NCBI GenBank assembly: GCA_012295275.1
Contig: CM022666.1
Span: 15,624,001 to 15,688,000, forward strand
Direction of reading: 5' to 3'
Length of the DNA: 64,000 bases
DNA from: Chrysomallon squamiferum
Taxonomy: Eukaryota; Animalia; Mollusca
The notes beneath the pieces were generated by a model. The model was not told the DNA's origin, ran no database searches, and saw only the letters and a program-made list of their open reading frames with translations. Of this stretch, positions 27,912 to 39,375 are shown in pieces. The number at the start of each line of letters is the position of its first letter. The stretch's first letter is position 1. The position numbers and the translations under genes are program-made.

Positions 27912-28416
27912 TATGGTTATGAAAGAAGCTGTGTATTGAAACTTAATATATAAAAAGGTAAAATATTATTTTTGACATTATTGCGACCGTGGGCAGTTTC
28001 ACAAACTAAACTTCAGTAATATCTACACAAGGCTGACTTAGTCTTTGAAACAATCAAATAATTCACCATAACCTAAGAAGTATTTCGTAAAAAAACTGTC
28101 TTAAAATTATTTACATTTTCTAAATTTTATACAAATGTGTGTGTGTGTGTGTGTGTGTCTGTGTGTGTCTGTGTGTGTGTTGAGCTCACTATTCGTATTT
28201 TTATTTCGTGTAACACATTGGGTTCAGGTATTGTTACAAAATTCACGTATTAAGTTCCTTTTATTAATGAATTTATTTACTCTTTTTTTTTCTGTCCCTT
28301 GCGTATTATTATTATTATTGTTTTAGTTTCTTGTAAATCAAAGTTTATTCAGTGATCTTTGTTTTGTATCTTATACCTTATAATAATAATATTTCTAAGT
28401 TATGTCTCTCTCTCTC

Positions 28417-28499
<83 letters not shown>

Positions 28500-28647
28500 T
28501 TCTGTCTCTGTCTCTGACTGTCTGTCTCTGTCTCTGACTGTCTGTCTCTGTCTCCGACTGTCTGTCTCTCTCTGTCTCAGTTACGTACTTTGATTATTTT
28601 CAGACAGATATAAACGAAAGAAGTTAATTAAAATATTTTGTTTTGCC

Positions 28648-29058
28648 ATGGAGGACGACGTTGGGAACTACCACAGGTATACAAACCAATACACTGACAT
28701 ACCTACATCTTTACCTTCCTAACTATCTACCTGCCTACCTACCAACCTACCTTGTTACCTGTCTACTTGGTTACTTACACAGATACATGCATACACATAC
28801 CAACAACAACAGTAACAACATCAATATATAAACATATAAATATTGAAACGTAGATAATCAGAACATATTAATATACATACATTCAAACATACATACATAC
28901 ATACATACATACATTATATACATACATACATACAAACATATGAGGTTTGTGAGGTTGTGATTAGCCGTATATTATCTACGTGCAGTCTAATCAGACGCAC
29001 GTAAGACATAGAATACATACATAGAAACTATTTTAGTACATACATACACATACAGCTA

Positions 29059-29112
<54 letters not shown>

Positions 29113-32100
29113 TTACTGCTAGTTCTACTACTACTTTTATTATTATCATTATCGTCATCATCGTCATCATCATCATTGTTATTATTATAATGACAACATC
29201 TAACTACAAAGGCGTCGACCAACACCGATGACATTGGCTCGGCTGAGAGAACTGGTAAGACAGGATGAGGCGGAGATCGTGATGCTGTTGTCTCGGGACC
29301 GCACGAGCTTGGACAACGTCATCAGTGATCTGAGTCAAAGTGAGGAGGACACGAGACTGGTGCTACGTGTTTTTGGCAAGGCGTGTAGATGCGAGTCTCA
29401 GCCCGAGCAGCTCAATGCAATACTCAGTCGCGTTCTGCAGTCTCCGTTCATAGAGAGCAGGCTGATGGTGCTACTCACCGAGGCGTCCCACTACACGGAC
29501 AGAGAGGCGCTGGAGGACATTCTCAGAGACTGCGTTCCTCTGATCAAACAACTTCTGCAGAGAATGCCGACAGCCAGTACGGATAAAGTCTCGGCTGTTA
29601 TAATCAAAATTGAAAAGATCTGGTCGAAAACGAGTATGTTAGACGAGGAGCTGAATCAGGACATGTGTAGCATCAGAAACATGCTGACGAGGCTGCGGCC
29701 TCCTGAGGTGAGGTGTGCGGAGCCGCAGGTTTCTTACAGCAAGTACGGACGAGACGAGCAGCCGCCAGAAGACTTCAGAGAAGTTTCCATATATCCAACG
29801 AAACAAGAGCTGCTTTCAGACGGGCCGCAGCACCTGTTTTATCGCAGAAATGAAATAGCAGAGAAATACAACGACGTCAACCATTACCTGGATGTGCAGT
29901 TCAGACTGCTCAGAGCCGATTACATTATTCCTCTTCAGGAAAGTATTGCAGAGTTCCAGTCGCAGTTGACGGACGACACAAAGCGAGAGTCGGCGCTCCG
30001 GAAACGCGTTTACTACAACGTGCGCATTGTCAGACCCGTCTGCAGCCACAACGGCTTGTCGTACCGACTCTCGTTCTCGCTAGCTCCAGGACACAGCGTC
30101 AACTGGGCGACGTCTCGCCGACTCATGTTCGGGTCTCTCGTGTGTTTGTCGTCTGATCGGTTTGTCAACAACTTCATGTTTGCCACTGTCGATCAGAGAG
30201 ACAAGGAGAGTCTCAAGTCTGGAACAGTTGATGTCCTCTTTGAGGCGTCCATTGACCTGCCACGTGACACGAGATTTACAATGGTCGAATCACAGGCGTA
30301 TTTTGAAGCCTACAAACACGTTCTAGAAGGAATGCAGAGGCTCAATGAGAGGAATATTCCGTTCCAGTCACAAATTGTTGAGTGCAAGTCGAATGTTCAG
30401 ATGCCCGCTATCTGGAGAACACAGCAAATCCTGTTTACGATCTTCGACCTTTGATTGACGACAACTACAGCATCAGAGACGGCGACAACGTTGGCGTCTT
30501 TCAACAACAGTTTAGTGAAGAGTCAAGTGATGCTGCTGCTGTTGAAATAGCCAACTCTACAAAGTGGGCAGAACCAGAAAGATTTCATCTTGACAAGTCA
30601 CAGATGAAAGCCTTGCAGCACGCGCTTACCTCTGAGTTCTCTCTCATCCAAGGACCGCCTGGCACAGGAAAGACGTATCTAGGACTCAAGATTCTCAAAG
30701 CTCTCCTTCACAACCGAAACGTCTGGAGCGGAGGCGAGAACGTACCAATTCTGGTTGTGTGCTACACCAATCATGCACTCGATCAGTTTCTGGAAGGCAT
30801 TTTGAAGTTTTTCAGGGGAAAGCTCATCCGAGTTGGAAGCAGAAGCAAAAGTGAGAATTCTCAACTGCAAGAATGTAACCTCACATCAGCCAGACAGAGG
30901 GCGCGGGAAGCACGAGACGTTCCTACGTCCGTGTTTACCACAAAAGTCGAAATATCGACAAAGATGGAGGATCTGAAAGCAGAGATCCACGGCATAGCCA
31001 CGAGGCTTGAGGTGGCTGAGAGAGAAATAGTCCACGAGAACAGTCTCAGAGAATACATGACCCCACAACAAGAGTCGTTTTTCCCCAACACACGATCTTC
31101 AGTCATTGCTGAGTGGCTGGGAATCACTAAAGATTTGAAATACATAGATGATCTGGAAGAACCAAAACCAGAAGACGACGAGGAGGAGGTTGGTGAGGAA
31201 GTGATCGATGTCGTCAGTCAAGCAGAAACAGCTCAGCAGCAGCGACTGTTGGACGACGACGACTTCGATGACATACTTGACGCAGACGTCGGAGGATCAA
31301 GTGTGGACGTAATAAAAGTGAGACAGGAGACGCTGGGGTTTGAAGTGACAAAACTGGGTGCGTCGTCGGAAACACTGCTGACCGGACAAACTCGCCGTGA
31401 ATGCGACGAGAAGCGGAAACGAAAGCGATGGCTGAAGAAGAAACTGAGAACGAACATTGAGAGCATTGATCGAATGTCAGAACAGGAAGCATCGAGAGTG
31501 GACAACATGTGGAACATAAAGTACAGAGACCGATGGAGACTGTACAGATACTGGGTGGACAGATTGTGTCGACAATCTCGAGGACAAATCAGAGATAAGG
31601 AACAGGTTTATGATCGCATCTGCAAAAGGTTCAAAGAAATTCTCCTACAGGAGGACAAACGAATACTGAAAAACGCCTGCATCGTTGGCATGACAACGAC
31701 GGCTGCTGCCAGATATCAGAGCATCATGTCGGAGATTGAGCCTAAAATCATCATCGTGGAGGAGGCGGCCGAAGTGCTGGAGGCCCACGTGATCGCCACT
31801 TTGAGTCGAGGATGTCAACATCTCATTCTCATTGGAGACCACAAACAGCTGAGACCAAACCCGACTGTTCACAGGCTGGCGAAACAATACAATCTGGAAA
31901 TATCTCTCTTTGAACGAATGGTGCGCTGCAACGTACATCTCGACTGTTTGCAATGGCAGCACAGAATGCGTCCAGAAATATCGAGAATGATGAGGACGAT
32001 ATACCCTAATCTTCAGGACGACCGTTCCGTCAAATCATACCCTGACGTCAGCGGAGTCAGCCAGAACGTTTGTTTCATAGAACACAGCTATCCTCATGAG

Positions 32101-35100
32101 GTAGACGAAGAAAGTCTGAGTTGCTTAAACCAATTTGAGGCGGAGTATATCGTCAGTTTGTGTGAGTACTTGCTCAAGCAGGGTTACCAGCGACAGCAGA
32201 TAACAATAATAAGCATGTACTCAGCACAAATCAACGCGCTGCGACATCTGATGCCAAAGTCGAAATTTGAAGGTGTACGAGTGGCGTCTGTGGATAGTTA
32301 TCAAGGAGAAGAAAATGACATCGTCCTAGTGTCAATGGTCCGAAGTGATACACCGGGAGAAACGATTGGCTTCTTGAAAACTGACAACAGAATTTGCGTT
32401 GCGTTATCTCGCGCGAAGCACGGAATGTACGTGCTGGGAAACTTCCGTTTTCTAACTGAGAAAAGTGATCTTATTCGGGACATCATCACAACAGCGAGGA
32501 AAGATGACTACCTGAAAGACGGTCTCCAGCTTGTCTGCCCCAGACACAGAACAGGAAAAGGCGTCCTTGCGAAAGAAGCTAGAGATTTTTTAAAAGTTCC
32601 TGAAGGTGGATGTCTTAAGCCGTGTGAGAGTCGTCTCCCTTGTGGCCACACCTGTACAAGAACCTGCCACAGCGGCCCGCATTCTCAGTGTTATTTTCCG
32701 TGCACAAAATTCTGTGAAAAAGGCCACCCTTGTAGTAGTCTCTGCTATGCGTGTTCGTCTGGCTGTCCTCCTTGTAAAGAGCCGGTTCAGAAGCAGTTGC
32801 CGAAATGTGGTCATCGACAAATGGTCCCTTGTTCAACAGATCCTCGTCATTTTCAGTGTAAAGAGAAGGTGAAGGTAGAACGGCCTTGTGGACACATCAT
32901 ATCAGTTGAGTGTTGTCAGAGCGACACAGCCACGTGTACAGGTCCCTGCAGTCAGATCCTATCGTGTGGCGATCCGTGCACAGGCACGTGTGGGTCTTGT
33001 TTCCAAGGTCGTCTGAACCAGCCGTGCAAAGAGAAATGTAAGAAGATTCTGGTGTGTGGACACGAATGTTCGGACACATGCAACAATTGCCCTCCTTGCA
33101 AAAGACCTTGCGAAAACCGATGTCACCACAGTGTATGTCCAAAACGATGCGGTGAGCCGTGTGTGCCGTGCAAGATGCCGTGTCCGTGGCAGTGCAGACA
33201 CAAGAAGTGCAGCCGTCTGTGCAGCGAAGTTTGCGACAGAGACAGATGTGACGAGAAGTGTCGGAAGAGGTTGTCTTGTGGTCACCCGTGCATTGGCATG
33301 TGTGGCGAGCCGTGTCCGCGCCTCTGCAGGGTCTGCAACAAGGACGACGACGCATTCAAACCCTTCTTCGGAAACGAAGATGATCCAAACTCTCGTTTTG
33401 TTGAGCTGCAGGACTGCTGTCACGTGTTTGAAGTGACCAGCCTGGACCGCTGGATGGACAAGACGGATGATGGAGATCAAGATGATAAACTTAAAAAAGG
33501 TGATGATAACGAGGACGATGATGATAAATGTGAGAAAGCAGGCAGCGAGACCAGGGGGAATATGGTTCTTCTAAAAGTCTGTCCTCGGTGTAAAACGCCA
33601 ATTCGTCGAAACCTCAGATACGGCTCCGTGGTCAATGAGACTCTGCAGTGTATTGAAGCCATCAAACAGAAGATCATAGGCAGTGAAAGAAGAGTGCGGG
33701 AACTTGACTCTGAGATTGACGCTGCTGCTAGGTCCGCTCTTCCCTCCGACCGAGCAGACATCGACTCTCTGAGAGATAAAGTCGTTGTAAAGTCAGAGTC
33801 GCAGCTCGCAGCCCAGCTCAATCAAGTTCGAATCCTGCTGCAGGTAAGCAGCTACGAGAGGAAGGTGTCGGATGCCATGAGTCGCTGGAGAAGCAGCTGT
33901 GAGGATTTCCACTGTATCGCCAGAGATCTGCAGGCTTTCAGGTGTGTAGTGTCTTCTTTTATTGTGTTGTCTTAATATGCCATTCTGTGCCATACCGTAA
34001 TATACCGTATCATATTGTGTTGTTATATTATGGTATGTTACGGTATATTTTTGTATTGTATTATGCTACGCTATACTACATTGTGCATTGCTATGCTATA
34101 TTATAATGTACTGTACTGGAATATGCTGTATTTTACTATAGTATCCTATGCTATACTTTGCTGTATTACAATGTACTATATTATATTATACTACACTTTA
34201 CTATACTGTACTATAGTACACTAGACTTTACTATGCTATACTATACTATACTATATTAAACTATACTATGTTATTCTATACTATAATGCACTATACATCA
34301 GTACACAATAATGTGCTATCCTATATTATACTGTACTGTACTGAACTATACTATAGTATACTGTATTATACTAATATTCTATAACATAATATTCAGGTCG
34401 TGGATTCTGCAGTACCGTTCAGTGTTCACAGAACAAGAGGTCATCGACGCTGAGCGGGAACTGCGACGTCTCTCGCTTCTCCTGTACCTGCTCAAATCAC
34501 GTAAAATTATCGACGTCGCTGTAGACGACGTTCCGCCCAGACTGATGAGGCAGATGGCTCAAGTGGTGCAGCAGCTGCAGGGCAGCTCCGTGCTGTCGCG
34601 GGAGACGCTGCAGCTTGCAGAGACGACGAAGGAGGAACTAACAGAGTACGTGCCCGAGTCTCGGATCGGAGTGACGGAGGAAGAGAGGCTGATGATCGTG
34701 CACGCTATGAACATGAAACAAGGACACTGGTGGAGGTGCGGCAGAGGTAAACACCTGTTTTAATTAGGCACGACGAAACGTAATGGTTATACGTATAACG
34801 AAACATGGCAAATATGCACATAACTGAACATAACCGTGACACGCATAACGAATTATAACTGTGGTACGCATGAAGAAACATAACTGTGATATGCATCACA
34901 AAAGGTAATAATGATAACTATCACATAACGTAATAATAATTCATATGACGATACGAAGAAATGGTGAGTTTGACGATATAATAATAATGACGTATGACAA
35001 ATCATAAACATGATACATAAGACCATGCGTAATAATCATACGTATGATGATACGTAATAATGACACGTACATCGATACGTAAGTCGGACAGTTAGTCAGT

Positions 35101-35719
35101 CATTATGTCATTCTAGTAAATTAACCGTCAGTCGATTAATAAGTTAATTAGTTAGTTAAATAAGTCTGTCAGTCACTAAATCACACAATCAGTAAATCAT
35201 ACAGTCGATCAGTCAGTCAGTAAATCATACAGTCAGTCACTAAATCACACAGAGTCACTAAATCATACAGTCAGTCAGTCAGTCACTAAATCACGCAGTC
35301 GGTCAGTCAGTAAATCACACAGTCACTCACTCACTCAGTAAGTCAGTCAGTAAATCATATAGTCAGTCAGTCAGTAAATCATATAGTCAGTCAGTCAGTA
35401 AATCATATAGTCAGTCAGTCAGTAAATCATACAGTTCAATCATTCAGTCAGTCAGTCAGGCAGGCAGTCAGTCACTAAATCAGTCAATTAGTCAGTCACA
35501 CTAATTCGTTTTTAATGTGCAGGTCACGTGTACGCTATTGGCGAGTGTGGGCGACCGACAGAGCGAGCGGTGTGCCCGGAGTGTCGGGACGAGATAGGTG
35601 GAGAAGACCACGCCCTAGCTGCCTCCAATTCCTGGGCTCCGGAGATGGACGAAGCTGAACAGCTGCCTTGGTCGGAAGAACTGGATTACATGCTCGCCTT
35701 GCAGCTGCAGTTTCAGTAG
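28648..35719 (+). CDS. ZNFX1: ZNFX1-like SF1 (UPF1-like) RNA helicase / E3 ligase with NF-X1 zinc fingers, RING-like region and C-terminal RZ finger; 1-nt frameshift at ~30404-30406
   Basis: Exons 28648-28676, 29212-33941, 34397-34746, 35523-35719, all phase-consistent. Motifs HYLDVQFRLLRAD, RLMFGSLVCLS, YFEAYKHVL, GPPGTGKT, CYTNHALDQFLE, VEEAAEVLE, GDHKQLRP, SLFERM, QHRMRPEI, VDSYQGEE, NRICVALSRAK, Cys/His NF-X1 repeats, WWRCGRGHVYAIGECG..CPEC..IGG. About 1770 aa if the frameshift is corrected. Confidence 0.95.
33975..34385. repeat. Degenerate (ACTAT/TATAC)n pentamer array filling a ZNFX1 intron
   Basis: actatactatactatattaaactatactatg etc. Confidence 0.8.
35085..35500. repeat. (CAGT)n / aaatcatacagtcagt compound repeat in the last ZNFX1 intron
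   Basis: Direct inspection. Confidence 0.85.
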
Positions 35720-37172
35720 CGAACAGGTGACGTCACACTGGCTTGCTTAAAGAGCATGGTTGGAACGGAAGATTTATCTTGTACTTCGATACGAAATGTA
35801 ATCCGCGGCTATTTCTTTCACACACTTATCGGCAGAGAGAAATTATTTACAGTCACAGGAAGAGCTCGTTTTTCTTTCATAGAGAGGAAAGTCTCTGCGA
35901 TTTTAAGTATTTGTTGTATCTGGTTAGATCGGGAAATTGTTCGACGTTTATCAGTAACTATAATTTTTATGAACTTATAGAAACATTTAGATTTTTAAAA
36001 TCTGTATTAGATTTTGGCTTTTCTGCATTATTTATTTTTCTGTTTGCTATTTTACTTTTTGGAACAACTTCATATTATTATATTTGTTATCTTTTTTTTT
36101 TCTAGATGCAGTTTCTTCGTTTTGTTTAGACAGAAAAGTAATTCTTATTTACACACTAACTTCGCCTTATGAACTCTATTTCTCTCTCTCTCTCCCTCTA
36201 TCTCTATCTCATATAATAAATTTAAAACTATTTTCGTTATCTTTTATTTAGAATTCCCTATTTTGGTAATTTGGTTTTTGTTTTGTAACTTATAGCACAG
36301 TTTGAGAACAGTTTAATTGATGTTGTAATGTTTTCATATTTGCTTTGTTATTTATAGAATAGTTTGTATGGTATATAAATACAGCATAAATAATCAAAAT
36401 TAACACAATAAAAAAGCAGAAAAATACACCCACAAAGAAAGACAAATGTACAGATGCACAAACAAATACACATAATACAGGATACAAATTCAGCACACAA
36501 AGAAAAAGCTAAAACTAAAAAAAATCACAAATATATAAACACTCTGATACAGCCAGTCAAATAAATATACACACATATATACAAATACACACACACACAT
36601 ACACAGATACACACACACATAGATATACAAATACACATACAGATATACAAATACACAAACACACAGATATACAAATACAGATATACAAATACACACACAT
36701 ACAGATGTACAAATACGCACACACACACAGAGAAAATAAACATACTAATTAGCATATACACAAACACTCAAATAAACACATACACAGACACATAAACAAT
36801 CACATATATACATCTAAAACCATGTTGATATTTAAGCAACTTTTGTTTTATTGTTTTTATTTTGATATATTATTTGCTTTGTTTGAAGAAAAAAGTATAA
36901 TACAAAAAAAACCTTGTAGCTAATTGTGTTGTTGTTATACATTGTTCAAAATTATAACAATTTGCTGTTTTAAAATTTTAAAATATTGTAAGTTTAAAAT
37001 GTCAGAATTAGTTTAATACAGACAGACATATAGACAGAGACAGAGAGTGAAAGAAAGAGACAGATGAGAGAAAAATAAAGAGAGAGGACAGAGAGAGAAA
37101 AAGAAATGAGAGACAGAGTGAAAAAGAGAAAGAGAAAGAAAAAGAAAGTAAAACAACAGATAACAGTCAGAG

Positions 37173-37210
<38 letters not shown>

Positions 37211-37280
37211 AAGTAAAATGACAGATAAGTCAGAGAAAGACAAAAGAGAACCTGTGAAGTCCTCCCTAAAACAACCCAAA

Positions 37281-37947
37281 ACATAAAATAAGTATTATAC
37301 ACAGTACACAACTAGTGACATAAAATAAGTATTATACACAGTACACAACTAGTGACATAAAATAAGTATTATACACAATACACAACTAGTGACATAAAAT
37401 AAGTATTATACAGAATACACAACTAGAGACATAAAATAAGTATTATACACAATACACAACTGGAGACATAAAATAAGTATTATACAGAATATACAACTAG
37501 AGACATAAAATAAGTATTATACACAGTACACAACTAGTGACATAAAATAGTATTATACACAATACACAACTAGTGACATAAAATAAGTATTATACAGAAT
37601 ACACAACTAGAGACATAAAATAAGTATTATACACAATACACAACTGGAGACATAAAATAAGTATTATACACAATACACAACTAGAGACATAAAATAAGTA
37701 TTATACAGAATATACAACTGGAGACATAAAATAAGTATTATACAGAATATACAACTAGAGACATAAAATAAGTATTATACAGAATATACAACTAGAGACA
37801 TAAAATAAGTATTATACAGAATATACAACTAGAGACATAAAATAAGTATTATACACAATATACAACTAGAGACATAAAATAAGTATTATACACAATATAC
37901 AACTAGAGACATAAAATAAGTATTATACAGAATATATAACTAGAGAC
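37281..37947. repeat. Minisatellite, 37-bp unit, ~18 copies
   Basis: acataaaataagtattatacacagtacacaactagtg and variants; period 37 (37281, 37318...). Confidence 0.95.
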
Positions 37948-38384
37948 TGTGATTTGATTCAGAATGTTGACAGGTAAAATAACTGAAGAGTGGGCAGGGA
38001 AAGGATGAGATGTTTAAAAGAAATCCAGAAATAACAAGTAACAGGGAAATGTGTTTCATTTAAGTTGAACGATAGAATCACTTGTCAAACAGCCACTCTC
38101 CTCCCCATGAAATGAATCCAAACAAAGCAGCATAACAACAAATGCACATGCATGCATAACACAAACACAAACACAAAATGATAAACACATAAATAGCAAG
38201 TTTATAAGTAAAGATTAAAAGTTTATGAAATGTGTAAACTGGTGGACTGTGTACGACACAACAGCATTCTATAGAATGTATAAATGTTAAATAAGTATGT
38301 AAAAAACAACAAACAACAACAGGAACAACAAAACAAAAGAAAAACAAACAAACAAATAAATAAACAATAAATAAATAACAGCCG

Positions 38385-39120
38385 TAAACATACATTACAG
38401 ATATATACCAGTACACACATATACAAAACATACACAAGAGATATATACAAGTATACACAGATACAAAACATATATTACAGATATATACAAGTACACACAC
38501 AAAACATACACAAGAGATATATACAAGTACACACATACACAAAACATACATTGTAGATATATAAAAGTATACACAGATACAAAAGATACATTACAGATAT
38601 ATACAAGTACACACATACACAAAACATACATTGTAGATATATACAAGTACACACATACACAAAACATACATTGTAGATATATACAAGTACACACATACAC
38701 AAAACATACATTGTAGATATATACAAGTACACACATACACAAAACATACATTGTAGATATATACAAGTACACACATACACAAAACATACATTACAGATAT
38801 ATACAAGTACACACATACACAAAACATACATTACAGATATATATAAGTACACACACAAAACATACATTACAGATATATATAAGTACACACACAAAACATA
38901 CATTACAGATATATACAAGTACACACATACACAAAACATACATTACAGATATATACAAGTACACACACAAAACATACATTACAGATATATACAAGTACAC
39001 ACATATACAAAACATACATTACAGATATATACATGTACACACATATACAAAACATACATTACAGATATATACAAGTACACATATACACAATAGATACATT
39101 ACAGATACATACAAGAACAC
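38385..39120. repeat. Minisatellite, ~36-40-bp unit, ~18 copies
   Basis: aaaacatacatt(gt/ac)agatatatacaagtacacacatacac. Confidence 0.95.
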
Positions 39121-39375
39121 ACATAATTATATAGACATCCACACCTTCATGAGATAATTAAAAATAATATAATTATTTTACTCGACATAAAAATTGTTTT
39201 ATTTAGAATGGCATAAAATCAATAACTTTATTTAGCATCAAAAGCTAAAGTTTACTTGGAATAAAGAAACTACATCTAGCACTGATGTATATCCAAATAT
39301 GTAACAATAAATCATATTTAACACAGATGTGTATCCAAATATGTAAAAATAAATTATATTTAACACTGATTTGTG

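Larger units (their letters stand above)
26835..28160 (+). repeat. Right arm of the inverted duplication; contains the probable ZNFX1 promoter and non-coding first exon (donor at 27541)
   Basis: See left arm. ctaaag|gtcagt at 27540/27541 aligns with ctaaag|gtgagt on the minus strand at 25771/25770. A candidate downstream acceptor is ttttcag at 28603, ahead of the ZNFX1 ATG exon. Confidence 0.85.

Noticed and set aside
30382-30454. Programmed -1 frameshifting or a tiny intron joining the two ZNFX1 ORFs
   Set aside because: No slippery heptamer. A GT-AG intron ending at 30400 would be too short or would delete the conserved YFEAYKHVL block. A similar indel in ESD points to assembly error.
29228-30454. 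408-aa ORF as an independent gene
   Set aside because: It is the ZNFX1 N-terminal region, colinear with the following ORF.
29816-33993. Antisense and alternate-frame ORFs overlapping ZNFX1 (and similarly the TRIM exons)
   Set aside because: Expected shadows of GC-richer coding sequence; no recognisable motifs.
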